A DNA stretch of 64,000 nt from Tagaea sp. (GCA_965279525.1 CBDIIB010000002.1:96001-160000); one strand, 5' to 3'; shown: positions 28,276 to 38,238, counted from the stretch's first letter. The notes: generated by a model from the letters alone, not told the origin. Numbers and translations are program-made.

Positions 28276-29075
28276 TGCTGGCCGAGATGCTGCTCTACCG
28301 GCTCACGCGCGCGGAACCTTGGGCCGATGCGCTTGGATATCGCGAGGGTGCCGTGCGGCTCTGGTCGCGCCATGGCCGCTGCAAGCGGGCATGGGCGCCG
28401 CACCTTGAGAACACGCGGCGGATTGTCGCCGAAGCCGCGCACGCGGCACCCGGCAGGCGGACCGCTTTGGTCTTCGGCTCGGGCCTGCTTGCCGACCTGC
28501 CGCTCGATGTCCTGGTCGCGAAATTCGAGAGGATCGTTCTGGTCGATGTCGTGCACTTGCCGACGGTGCGCTGGCGCACGCGGCGGCTGGCGAATGTCGA
28601 GCATGTCGTCGCCGACCTGTCGGGCGTTGCACGCGGGCTTGCGGCCGGGCCTTCCGGCATGCCGCCCGACCCGGGAAGCGATTTCGGACTCGACGACGGT
28701 TCTGTCGATTTCGTCGTTTCGCTCAATCTCGCCTCCCAACTACCGATCGCCCCTGTCGACTGGCTGGAGCATCGCCGTGGCTGGACCGAGGCGGCGGCAG
28801 CGGCCTATGGCGGCCGGATCGTTGCCGCGCATTTCGCGCATCTGCAGGGCTTTCGGGCACCGGTCTGCGTGATCGCGGACCGGTCGCGCATCTATCTCGA
28901 CCGGGACGGCCGGACAATCGAGACCGACGACGCGCTTTGCGGGTTCGTGCCGCCCCCGGCCGACGCCAATTGGGACTGGGACCTGGCGCCGCTGGGCGAG
29001 CACGACCGGAACTATGCGATCCGCAACCGCGTGTTTGCCATTCGAGAGCTGCGCGATCTCCATACAATCGTGTAA
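28275..29075 (+). CDS. Hypothetical protein with possible SAM-methyltransferase-like fold
   Basis: TGATG-coupled to hrpB; ALVFGSGLL.D, VLVDVVH and DFVVSLNLASQLP resemble Rossmann motifs. Confidence 0.6.
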   Translation: MLAEMLLYRLTRAEPWADALGYREGAVRLWSRHGRCKRAWAPHLENTRRIVAEAAHAAPGRRTALVFGSGLLADLPLDVLVAKFERIVLVDVVHLPTVRWRTRRLANVEHVVADLSGVARGLAAGPSGMPPDPGSDFGLDDGSVDFVVSLNLASQLPIAPVDWLEHRRGWTEAAAAAYGGRIVAAHFAHLQGFRAPVCVIADRSRIYLDRDGRTIETDDALCGFVPPPADANWDWDLAPLGEHDRNYAIRNRVFAIRELRDLHTIV

Positions 29076-29131
29076 ATTCACCGAGTCGCTTCGATTCGGC
29101 GGTCGTCATGTCCGCCTCCGGGAGATTCGGG

Positions 29132-29752
29132 ATGTCGCGCTTGAAGATCGCCGTCTTGACGATCGTGCTGTCGATCTGGGCCGTCGGCGCGGCAGCGCAG
29201 GACCTGCGGTCGGGTCTCGATGCGATCAAACGTGGAAACTGGGCCGCCGCATTGCAGGAACTTGGCCCACTTGCCGAATCCGGAAGTGCTCCGGCGCAAT
29301 ACGCGCTCGGCACGATGTACGCCAACGGCGACGGCGTGGGCGTCGATCTTCCGCGCGCCGAGAGACTGCTGCGTCAGGCCGCCCAGGGCGGCGAGTGGCG
29401 CGCGCGCGCACATCTCGAATTCATGCGGGTCTCGGGCCAGCTCTCGCCGACGACGCCCGGCGGTACGATGTCTGCGGCCGCAGCGACCGGTATCGGCGGC
29501 GACGCCTGGCGGGTGCAGCTAGCGACCGTTCCGACGCCGGATCTGGCACAGCGCGAGTTCCGCCGCCTGTCGCGGCAGTTCGGCGAGCTTCTGGCCGGCA
29601 CGGATCTTCTTGCGCCGCCGTTCACGATGCCTGACGGCGCGCAGGTCGTGCGCGTGCAGGCGGGCCCGCTCAGCGAGACGCGCGCGCGCGACATCTGCGC
29701 CAGACTGCGCGATCTCAATGCCGGTTGCCGGGTCATCCGGCCCGAAGGCTGA
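29132..29752 (+). CDS. Exported Sel1-repeat plus SPOR-domain protein
   Basis: Signal peptide (AAA-Q), AQYALGTMYANGDGV Sel1 repeat, WRVQLA...RVQAGP...C..L.....C SPOR domain. Confidence 0.8.
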   Translation: MSRLKIAVLTIVLSIWAVGAAAQDLRSGLDAIKRGNWAAALQELGPLAESGSAPAQYALGTMYANGDGVGVDLPRAERLLRQAAQGGEWRARAHLEFMRVSGQLSPTTPGGTMSAAAATGIGGDAWRVQLATVPTPDLAQREFRRLSRQFGELLAGTDLLAPPFTMPDGAQVVRVQAGPLSETRARDICARLRDLNAGCRVIRPEG

Positions 29753-29755
29753 AAC

Positions 29756-29983
29756 TCAGGCGCCGGTCGCCGCGACTTCACTGCGCCGGAACATGTCCGG
29801 ATTCATCAGGGCCGCGAACGAGAACGTGCGCTGGATCGACGCATTGTCGAGCCTGCGCAGGCGCGCATGCGGGATCTTGTTGGGGTCCTGGAACACCAAC
29901 TCGATCTCCCAACTGATCGATTCACGCCCGATCGCGACGAAACGGTCGCCGATCTTGAATCCGTCATTCTTGTTGCGAAACAT
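29756..29983 (-). CDS. Small hypothetical protein (75 aa)
   Basis: Protein-like composition, GDRF...WEI...PHARL pattern; fills the gap between a convergent gene and a long intergenic region. Confidence 0.55.
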   Translation of the reverse strand: MFRNKNDGFKIGDRFVAIGRESISWEIELVFQDPNKIPHARLRRLDNASIQRTFSFAALMNPDMFRRSEVAATGA

Positions 29984-30223
29984 CGATTTCCGTCACTTCA
30001 AGTAGAGCTGTCTATCGAAACGGAATCTAGTCGCTCGCCGGCGCGACGTAAAGGCCCGCACGTCCTCCAACCGCATTCCTGTCGCATGTCGGATCTTGCC
30101 GGAAAAACCGCCGAGGGATTTTAAATCAAGTCGGTCGAGCATCGTCGATTGCCTTCATTGATCTATTTCCATGCGACGTGTCGAATTGGCCGCCGCTGAT
30201 ATGGCGACAAAAGCCGGATGGTT

Positions 30224-30276
30224 TGCAAAATGCAAAACGAATGTCCGTGCCGAAGTGCAGGATGTGCAAAATGCAA
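30224..30276 (+). repeat. Direct repeat TGCAAAATGCAA x2 (41 bp period) upstream of the pel-like operon
   Basis: Identical 12-mers at 30224-30235 and 30265-30276, each preceded closely by GGATG. Confidence 0.7.
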
Positions 30277-30378
30277 TATTCGCGAGGCATGCATTTGCGC
30301 GCGAGTCCATGGACTTAGTGCTAAACTTCCATCCGATTCGCGGCCCGATCGAACGCGATCCACACCAAGATACGGAAC

Positions 30379-31245
30379 ATGACCGCTTTGCGCATCCTTC
30401 CCCGCGCATCGACGCCGATTCTGGGAGCCCTGCTCGTGCTATCTGCGCTCTTCGGGTTCGCGCGTGCGAATGACGTGCCTTTCCGATGGGCCGTCTACTA
30501 CGGTGCGAATGCGCCGCCGGAAGCGTTCGCCGAGCATCGCATGGTCGTTTTCGATTCCGACCGGCATCCCGACATCGAGCCGATCGCGGCGCGCCGCACG
30601 CAGGTTCTGGGCTATCTCAGCATCGGCGAAGTGCATCGCACGCGCAGCTATTTCGCCGAAGTCGAACGCGAAGGGCTGCTCGTCTACGAGAATCCGACAT
30701 GGCCCGGCGCATTCGCCGTCGATGTGCGCGATGCGCGCTGGCGCAAGCGCATCGTAGATGAGCTCGTGCCGGCGATTCTGGCGCGCGGCTTTCAGGGCGT
30801 TTTCCTGGATACGGCAGACACCGCGATCGATCTCGAGCGGCGCGACCGAACGAAATTTGCCGGAGCGACGCTGGCGACGATCGAGCTGGTCAAGGCGATC
30901 CGCAATCGCCACCCGCGGATCGCGATCGTCCTCAACCGCGGCTACGAGATATTGCCCGCCGTGGAGACCGCGATCGACATGGTACTTGCCGAATCGCTCG
31001 TCACGGCGTGGGATTTTCCGAACAAGATGCCGCGTATGGCACCTGCCGGCGAACGCGCGGCGCAGGTCGCCCAGCTTGTCGACGCGCGCCGACGCACGCC
31101 CAAGCTGCGCGTGCTGGCACTCGAGTACTGGACGCCGGACGACGCCGCCAAGATCAAGGAGATCTACGCACAGGTTCGAGCACTCGGCTTCGCGCCCTAT
31201 GTCGCGACGGTCGCTCTTGATCGCGTGGTGCCGGAACCGCGATGA
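30379..31245 (+). CDS. Stand-alone PelA-like glycoside hydrolase domain (endo-alpha-1,4-polygalactosaminidase, GH166/GH114-like)
   Basis: Signal peptide; WAVYYG, YLSIGE, GFQGVFLDTAD, LNRGYEILP, AESL, GFAPYVA match the PelA N-terminal hydrolase. Confidence 0.82.
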   Translation: MTALRILPRASTPILGALLVLSALFGFARANDVPFRWAVYYGANAPPEAFAEHRMVVFDSDRHPDIEPIAARRTQVLGYLSIGEVHRTRSYFAEVEREGLLVYENPTWPGAFAVDVRDARWRKRIVDELVPAILARGFQGVFLDTADTAIDLERRDRTKFAGATLATIELVKAIRNRHPRIAIVLNRGYEILPAVETAIDMVLAESLVTAWDFPNKMPRMAPAGERAAQVAQLVDARRRTPKLRVLALEYWTPDDAAKIKEIYAQVRALGFAPYVATVALDRVVPEPR

Positions 31246-33494
31246 AGCGTTTTGCGATTCTGATTCTATGCATGGCCGGTCTGCTTGCGCCGGCGCGGGT
31301 CGACGCCCAGGTCCAGCCGCGCCGTGTTTTCGTTCTCTGGGATTCGTCGGTAACGACGCGCTGGCGCGAGACATTCGCCCACCTGATGCTCGAGATGCCG
31401 CTCAACCGGCTGGGCTATGTGGTCGAGCCTGTCGATGTCGCCGGACCGCTGCCCGACGCTTCCGCGTTCGACGGCGTCCATGCGGTGATTTCTTGGCTCG
31501 AGGCCGATACCGTGCCCGACGCGCGCGCCGCATTCGGCTTCATCGAGGCGGCGACGGCGCGCGGCCTGCGGTTCGTGCAGTTCGGCGATGCCGCTTTCCT
31601 GCGCGGACGCGACGGCGCTCCCAGCGTGTCGATCGCCGAGGGCAATCGCGTGTTCGCGCGCGCCGGCTTCCGGCTCAGCGAAGATTTCGTCCGGTTGACG
31701 TTCGACGTCGAGGTCCTGCGCAAGGATACGGCCCTTGTCGAATACGAGCGGCCGCTCGACCGCGTATTGCCACCTTATCCGGTGTGGCGGCCGCTCGATG
31801 CGCGGACGCGCTCGCTGCTCGTGCTGCGCCGCCGCGGCCAGCCGGACACCGAGAGCCACGTCGTGATGCTCGCACCGGGCGGCGGCCTCGCGAGTTTCGG
31901 CTACTCGCATTTCTTCGAGCCGGAGTTGCGCCGGCGCCAGTGGCGCATCGACCCGTTCGAGTTCCTGACCGCCGCGCTTGGTGCCGGGGGCGGGCCGGTA
32001 CCCGATGTCACGACGCTGGTCGGCCGACGCATATTCTTCAGCCATGTCGACGGCGATGGCTGGCGCAACGTCACCGAGATCGTGCCGTGGCGGCGGACGC
32101 GCAAGCTTTCCTCCGAAGTGATTCTCGACGAGGTACTGAAGCGGTTTCCCGATCTGCCCGTAACGATCGGTCCGGTCGTCGCGGACCTTCACCCCGACTG
32201 GTGCGGATCGGAAGAGACCCGGTCGATCGCCCGGCAGATGTTCGCGCTCCAGCATGTCGAGGCCGGGAGCCATACCTGGACCCATCCGCTCGATTGGGGC
32301 TTTTTCGACGTCCCCGACACGGCGGCAAAGGAGCGCCCGTTCCTCCGGCGCTATCCGGGCTGCAGGTCGGAGCCCTCGCGCCTGGTGGCGATCTATGAGC
32401 GCATCATGCGTCGGCTGGCCGGAGCGGCCGGCGACAGCGACGACGGCACCGAGTTCGATGGGCAGTACGGGACGATCGGCAGCTACAACACGCCGCGATC
32501 GTTTGCCAAGACGCCGTTCGACATCGGCTTCGAGATCGTGGATGCAGCAACCTATATCGCCACGCTGGCGCCGGCAGGCAAGACGGTGCCGATCGTCCAG
32601 TGGTCCGGCAATACGTTGCCGTATGAAGCGGTCCTGCGGGCGACCCGCGTCGGGGGCCTGCGCAACATCAATGGCGGCGACACGCGCTATGACCGGGAGT
32701 TCAATTCGGTTTCCTATGTTTCGCCGATCGGGCGACGTGTCGGGCAAGAGCGCCAGATCTATTCGGCGGCTTCCAACGAGAATACCTATACCGATCTCTG
32801 GACGGACCGTTTCTTCGGCTACCGGGCGCTGGTCGAGACATTCGAGCGGACCGAAAGTCCGCGCCGGCTGGTTCCGATCAATCTCTACTATCACATCTAT
32901 ACCGGGGAGAAGGAGCCGTCGCTCAAGGCGTTGCTCGACAACATCGAGTATGTCCGCGCACGCGACGTCGCTCCGATCTTCACTTCGCACTACGCGGCGA
33001 TCGCAGAAGGTTTCTATGACACGCGTGTCGAGAAGCTCGACATCAACGTCTGGCGGATCGGCTCGCGCGGCGCACTCCAGACCCTGCGTTTCGACCCGCC
33101 CCTTGATTCGATGGCGGTCGACTTCGTCCGGTCAAACGGCGTGCTGGGATATCGCCGGGATGCCGGCGCGCTCTACGTGGCGCTCGATCCGGCGGCAGCC
33201 GAGCCCGTCGTCGCCCTTTCGCAAAACGCCGGTCGGTCGCGGCCGTCGCTTTTCGACTCGCGCTGGCCGGTGCGCGACCTGCAGGTCGACGCGCAAGGCT
33301 TCGCGTTCGAGGCAGCCGGTTTCGGCCGTGGGACGATGCGCTGGCGTGTCGAGCCGGCGGCCCGCTACCGCATCTCGGAAGATTCGCGCGCGGGCCGCGA
33401 GGTCGCGGCCGACGCGGAGGGCATGCTTGCATTCGCGCTCGACGCGACGCCGGGTGCTGCCGTCAGCGTGCGCATCGCGGGGCCGCTGCGATGA
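31242..33494 (+). CDS. pelA: PelA-like polysaccharide deacetylase (C-terminal part of PelA as a separate gene)
   Basis: Own signal peptide; WRIDPFEF, PDVTTLVGRRIFFSHVDGDG, EAGSHTWTHP, WSGN, NINGGDT, NENTYT..W, PINLYYH.Y. Confidence 0.82.
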   Translation: MKRFAILILCMAGLLAPARVDAQVQPRRVFVLWDSSVTTRWRETFAHLMLEMPLNRLGYVVEPVDVAGPLPDASAFDGVHAVISWLEADTVPDARAAFGFIEAATARGLRFVQFGDAAFLRGRDGAPSVSIAEGNRVFARAGFRLSEDFVRLTFDVEVLRKDTALVEYERPLDRVLPPYPVWRPLDARTRSLLVLRRRGQPDTESHVVMLAPGGGLASFGYSHFFEPELRRRQWRIDPFEFLTAALGAGGGPVPDVTTLVGRRIFFSHVDGDGWRNVTEIVPWRRTRKLSSEVILDEVLKRFPDLPVTIGPVVADLHPDWCGSEETRSIARQMFALQHVEAGSHTWTHPLDWGFFDVPDTAAKERPFLRRYPGCRSEPSRLVAIYERIMRRLAGAAGDSDDGTEFDGQYGTIGSYNTPRSFAKTPFDIGFEIVDAATYIATLAPAGKTVPIVQWSGNTLPYEAVLRATRVGGLRNINGGDTRYDREFNSVSYVSPIGRRVGQERQIYSAASNENTYTDLWTDRFFGYRALVETFERTESPRRLVPINLYYHIYTGEKEPSLKALLDNIEYVRARDVAPIFTSHYAAIAEGFYDTRVEKLDINVWRIGSRGALQTLRFDPPLDSMAVDFVRSNGVLGYRRDAGALYVALDPAAAEPVVALSQNAGRSRPSLFDSRWPVRDLQVDAQGFAFEAAGFGRGTMRWRVEPAARYRISEDSRAGREVAADAEGMLAFALDATPGAAVSVRIAGPLR

Positions 33495-36400
33495 GTGCGC
33501 TGCATGCCCGCACCGGGGGGCAACTCGCGCTGGCGGCAGCGCTCGTCGGCACCAGCCTGTTCGCAAGCCTGCTGATCGTGCCCACCGTGCGGGAACGCGC
33601 GGTCATGCATCTGCGCGACCGCGAGTTCGATCAGGCGCGTACGGCGTTCGAGCGGCGCCTCGTAGAGGCAGGCCCGTTGCTCGATACGGTCGTTCCGCTC
33701 GCGCGTCTTTACGCGCAGCGCGGCGAGCTTGATCGCGCGATCTCGATTATTTCGGACTTGATCGCGGCGGGTCGTGTCGAAGGGCACGAGGCGGCGGAAG
33801 CGCGTCGGCTGATGTCGCTCTATCTTCGATGGGCCGGGCGGGAGGCCGAGTATCGCGCCAATCTCCTCGAGATCGTCCGGCTCGAACCCACGCCGGCCGA
33901 TCTGCGCGAACTTTCAGCCCTCTACAATTTCGCGGGCGAAACCGACGCGCAGATCGGGATCCTCGAGCGACTGATCGCTTTGCCCGACGCGTCGCCGGAC
34001 GATTTCGTCGATCTGGCTGAACTCTTCGCGAGCCGTCGGGCGTTCCAGTCCGCAATCGATACGCTGGCCGCGCTCGTGGCACGCATGCCGGACAGATTTG
34101 ATTCGGCCATGCTCGATCTCTGGCTGATCGCTTCGCTGGAGGCGCGCGACAACGACGGTGCGGTGTCGCGCGCGCGCGCGCATCTGGCGCGCCGGGCGGC
34201 GCCGACGGACGTCGCGGCCGTGATCGGCGCATTTTCGGGGTATCGCCTGCCGCGCCTGGGGATCACAGCACTCGAACCGGTCACCAGCCGGATCGGGCCG
34301 GACAGTCTCACGAACCTTGCGCTGATGCGCATTGCCCTTGACGCCGAGGACGCAGCACTTGCTGCCGATCTCTTCGATCGCCAGCTCGCGCGTGGCTTGT
34401 CCGCTTACGCCCCCGTACAACTCGGCGACCTGATCGATGTCGGCCTCGTCGCCGGCCGGGTCGATGCCGCCATGGCGTTGGCTCGCTCGGTCGATCTCGC
34501 CGCGCTAACTTTTGCGCAGATCGAGTCGCTCGCCGGGCAGGCGCTTGACAGGCGCCAGACCGAGTTCCTGCGCGCCATTGCCGCGGCGGCGGGACCCGAG
34601 CGGTTGTCCGAACGCCCGCTTCTTGCCGCACGCATCTACCTTGCGATCGACGACCGTGCACGCGCGGCCGCACAGGCGCGTAGCGCGCTGGCATCCGCCA
34701 GCCTGCCGCTCGACGACGCGCTGACCCTCGTCCAGGTATTCGCGGGCGTCGAATTGCCCGGCGAGGCACTCGGCCTGCTGTCGCGCCTGGCCGACAATCC
34801 GTCCCTGCCGGAAACCGCGATCGGTGATCTGGCCCAGCTCTACCTGCTGCTGAAGCGGGCACCCGAGGGTGCTGCCATATTCGAGCGGCTTCGCCAGCAG
34901 CGCCCGAACTCGCTCGCCGTGGCGACGGGCTGGGCTCTGGTGATGGCGCAGGCCGGGCGCGGCGATGTGGTCGCGCGCTGGCTCGGATCCGGCGCGCCAG
35001 ACGCGTTGCCGGGCCCGGTCCTGACCGATCTTTTCTTCATCGGCGGAGATGCGAATTCGCCCGCACTCCAGCTCGCCGCCGCTCGCCGCCTGCGCGCTCT
35101 CGAAGGCCCCACGCCGATCGCCCGACTCCGGTTGGCGCAGGCAGCGCTTGCCGCCGGACAGGCGGGCGAGGCACTGGACGAGGCGCGCGCCCTGAGACCG
35201 TTGTTGGCCAATGACGAGGTCGAAGCACTCTACCGGACATCGCTTGCCCTTGCGGCGCGTCGGGATCCGCGCTTGCAGCCCGAGTTGCGCGGCTACTGGC
35301 GCGACCGGTTCGCGGACACGTCGCTCGTGCCGGCATCGCGCGAAGAAGCGCTCTACGCGCTGATCGACGCGCGCGCGTGGGACGAAGTGCTGCCCGAACT
35401 CGCGCGGCGCGCGCGTTCGACCCCTGCCGAATGGCTCGGTGCCTTCGTGACGGCAGCGGCGGACGCCAGGCGATTCGATCTGGCCGTTCCGGTCCTTCTC
35501 GATGTCGCGCGACGGCCGGATCTTGCCCCGGCCACGCGCAGCGAGGCGACGTTCGCGCTGATCGAGCGCACGCCGCCCGCCGTCCATCTCCCCGCACTTC
35601 GCCGTGCCGCTGCCGAACTTGGCGGCGAATGGACGGACGCGCTGGAGGCCGCCCTCGAGCGTGGCGGCCTGCGCGACGAACTCCTTGCTCTGCTGACGCG
35701 TCGTGCGGCCGACACGTCGCTCACGGCTGAAGCGCAGCGTGCCGTCGCATTCCGCCTGCTCGACCTTTCCGCGAAGCCTGCGGCCCTGGCGATCTTCCAG
35801 CGCCTTGCGGTCGGCATGCCCGCGCCATCGCCTGACGCGCAACAGGCCCTGTTCTTGATGGGGCCGCGCCCGGAGGCCGCCCAGCTGGACTGGATCGAGG
35901 CACAGGCACGCGCGGCAGCCGGCGCCATGCGCATCGACTGGGCCCGTGCACTGGTAAATGCCGGTGCCCCGCGCCGTGCCGCCAGCGTGCTCGAGGCCGA
36001 CGCGGCGGTGCCAGGCAGGATCGGTGGCCCGTCGACCCAGCTGGCGGCCGAAGCCTATCTGGCCGCCGGCACGCCCGCCGACCTGAGCGCATTCGCACGA
36101 CTCCTCGCCGCACGCATTCCGCGCGAGGGCGACCCCGCGAATGCGCGTCGGCTTGCCGAACTTGGCGCTGCCGGCAACCGCGCGGATCTCGCACGTCTGG
36201 GCTATGAACGGCTTTTCCTGCTCGATCCTGCACAGCGGGACGCGCAGCGGCAGGTCGGGTTCTTCGCGTTTGCGGACGGCGATTTCGACCGCGCGCGGGT
36301 TCTGGTCGCCCGCTATCTAGCCGGCGCAGTGCCCGGCACGCCCGCGGACTGGGAAGCCCATTACTATCTTGGCGAATCGCTCTATCGTCTGAAGGATCGG

Positions 36401-36652
36401 TCCGCCGCCCGGATCGAGCACGAGCGCGCGCTGGCGGCGATCGACGCGCTGTCGCCGGCGCCGTTCGCGGCGCGTGCTGTCCAAGCCTATCTCTACCACC
36501 GGCTCGGCCGGTCGGAGGATTCGGTGGCGCTTTACGGGCGTCTCTTGCGCGAGCAGCCGCGCAACCGCGATCTGCGCGCCGACTATGCCGGCGTGCTGCT
36601 GGAGCTTGGCCGGACGGGCCTCGCGCGCAGCGTGCTGGGGGCCGGCTCATGA
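33491..36652 (+). CDS. Large TPR-repeat protein (PelB periplasmic-scaffold-like)
   Basis: N-terminal hydrophobic anchor; Ala/Leu/Arg-rich helical repeats with TPR patterns (AHYYLGESLY, LARLYAQRG); occupies the pelB position. Confidence 0.7.
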   Translation: MSALHARTGGQLALAAALVGTSLFASLLIVPTVRERAVMHLRDREFDQARTAFERRLVEAGPLLDTVVPLARLYAQRGELDRAISIISDLIAAGRVEGHEAAEARRLMSLYLRWAGREAEYRANLLEIVRLEPTPADLRELSALYNFAGETDAQIGILERLIALPDASPDDFVDLAELFASRRAFQSAIDTLAALVARMPDRFDSAMLDLWLIASLEARDNDGAVSRARAHLARRAAPTDVAAVIGAFSGYRLPRLGITALEPVTSRIGPDSLTNLALMRIALDAEDAALAADLFDRQLARGLSAYAPVQLGDLIDVGLVAGRVDAAMALARSVDLAALTFAQIESLAGQALDRRQTEFLRAIAAAAGPERLSERPLLAARIYLAIDDRARAAAQARSALASASLPLDDALTLVQVFAGVELPGEALGLLSRLADNPSLPETAIGDLAQLYLLLKRAPEGAAIFERLRQQRPNSLAVATGWALVMAQAGRGDVVARWLGSGAPDALPGPVLTDLFFIGGDANSPALQLAAARRLRALEGPTPIARLRLAQAALAAGQAGEALDEARALRPLLANDEVEALYRTSLALAARRDPRLQPELRGYWRDRFADTSLVPASREEALYALIDARAWDEVLPELARRARSTPAEWLGAFVTAAADARRFDLAVPVLLDVARRPDLAPATRSEATFALIERTPPAVHLPALRRAAAELGGEWTDALEAALERGGLRDELLALLTRRAADTSLTAEAQRAVAFRLLDLSAKPAALAIFQRLAVGMPAPSPDAQQALFLMGPRPEAAQLDWIEAQARAAAGAMRIDWARALVNAGAPRRAASVLEADAAVPGRIGGPSTQLAAEAYLAAGTPADLSAFARLLAARIPREGDPANARRLAELGAAGNRADLARLGYERLFLLDPAQRDAQRQVGFFAFADGDFDRARVLVARYLAGAVPGTPADWEAHYYLGESLYRLKDRSAARIEHERALAAIDALSPAPFAARAVQAYLYHRLGRSEDSVALYGRLLREQPRNRDLRADYAGVLLELGRTGLARSVLGAGS

Positions 36653-38238
36653 TCGCCGGCATGCGCCGTTTCGCCCTCGCGGCACTGCTGTGGCCGGCCG
36701 CCTGCCTCGCGCAGGCCGAAGGCCCGGTCCGCCTCGACATGACATGGAGCGTCGACGGCCCGCTCGCGAACGTCCGCCTCGTGCCATCGCGCGAGCTGGA
36801 GGTCAGGTTCGAGACGGGCGGGCGCGAAGCGATCCTTCGTTTCGCGCGCCCGATCGCGCCCGTCGACACCGGCGTTCTCGTACGCGAACTGCCGCGGTTC
36901 ATCGAGAACGTGGATGCCGGCTTCGATTCCCTCCTGTTCGTGGGCACGCAAGGCAGCGTCGTCGCAGCACGGCGCGAATCCGGCGGCATCGTCGTCGTAT
37001 TCCGCCTTTCCGAGACCGCACCGGTCGCCGAAGCCGAGGATACGGACGCGATCGTTACCGAGCGCGGCGAGCGCCGGCTCGAGCGGCTGCGGGCCTCACT
37101 CGAGGCACAGACCGGTCGCCCCGATATCGCGCGCCGCCGGCTGGCCGGCCTCGAGGCGAAGGATCCGGCCGATGTCGAGACGCTTGCCCAGTCTTCAAGC
37201 CTCGAACTCCAGATCGGCAGGACCCGGCGTGCGAACGAGCTTCTCGACCGGGCGATAGCACTAGATCCCGCAAACCCCGATCTCGCGGCAGCACGTGCGG
37301 CCCTGTCGCGCGAAACCGCCGGATTCGTGCGTGTGGAACCAGACTATCGCCGGGCAAGTTCGGGCGAAAAGCGATACATGGTTGGCACGCTTGCCGAGCT
37401 TCCGATTTCTCCGGCGTGGCGTGCGACCGCGGCCTTCGATCAGGCCTTCGTCGACAGTCCTTCCGTCCGCCGTCCCGACGGGATTTCCGACCGCTTCAAG
37501 GGATCCCGCCAGCGGGGAGCTTTCGGCCTGCAGCACGAGGCCGAGAACGGCACGCGGTCGCACGCCCAGCTTTTCGCCAATTCCCGGACAGCGGGCATCG
37601 GGTTCACGCGCGACTATGCCTTCGACCGCGCGCGGGTTGCGGCCGGCATCGAACTCGCGCGGCCCTATTGGGATTTCACCGAAAGCATGGTCGCGGACGG
37701 AACGCGCGACCGTGCCTTCGTCCAGTATTCCCAACCTTGGCTATTCGGCATGTCCGCGCGTGCCCGGTTCGCCGGCAACCGGTACGGCATGCCGGGCTTG
37801 GCCGACGGAGCCCGCTCGATGACGTTCGACGGCGAGATCCGTCTGCCGCTCGATGGCTTCATGCGCGGCGGTGCGCTCTCCTATGTGCTGGACGGCGAGT
37901 ATCCGTGGCGCATCGCGTCCCGCGCCGATCCCGCCAGCACCGGCTCGGAGTTCCGGCCGGTCCCGCTGCGTTATCGCGAAGTCCACGCCCTCCTGGCCGG
38001 TTATGCGATCGACTGGCGGCGCGACTTCGAGGGCAATCTGCCGATTGTCGCCGATCTGTCGGCAGGCCCAGCCTACGACCGATACGGCCGCCGCGGCGGG
38101 CCGCTCCTCGGATTAGGGATTTCATGGCTCGATGACGGCGCTTTCAGCGGCGGCCTTCGTGCGGGCTATGGCCGGGGCGTGGGCCGCGACGCCAACGAAT
38201 TCTCGACCTTCGGGGGCTTCGCGCAGTGGCGGATGTGA
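36649..38238 (+). CDS. Exported TPR plus predicted beta-barrel protein (putative polysaccharide export porin)
   Basis: Signal peptide (AQA-E), TPR (RAIALDPAN), then alternating amphipathic strands rich in aromatic and Gly residues, ending FGGFAQWRM. Confidence 0.6.
   Translation: MIAGMRRFALAALLWPAACLAQAEGPVRLDMTWSVDGPLANVRLVPSRELEVRFETGGREAILRFARPIAPVDTGVLVRELPRFIENVDAGFDSLLFVGTQGSVVAARRESGGIVVVFRLSETAPVAEAEDTDAIVTERGERRLERLRASLEAQTGRPDIARRRLAGLEAKDPADVETLAQSSSLELQIGRTRRANELLDRAIALDPANPDLAAARAALSRETAGFVRVEPDYRRASSGEKRYMVGTLAELPISPAWRATAAFDQAFVDSPSVRRPDGISDRFKGSRQRGAFGLQHEAENGTRSHAQLFANSRTAGIGFTRDYAFDRARVAAGIELARPYWDFTESMVADGTRDRAFVQYSQPWLFGMSARARFAGNRYGMPGLADGARSMTFDGEIRLPLDGFMRGGALSYVLDGEYPWRIASRADPASTGSEFRPVPLRYREVHALLAGYAIDWRRDFEGNLPIVADLSAGPAYDRYGRRGGPLLGLGISWLDDGAFSGGLRAGYGRGVGRDANEFSTFGGFAQWRM

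Noticed and set aside
30285-30300. Sigma54-like promoter AGGCATGCATTTGCGC upstream of pel
   Set aside because: GG-to-GC spacing is 9 or 11 nt rather than the strict 10 required for -24/-12 promoters.
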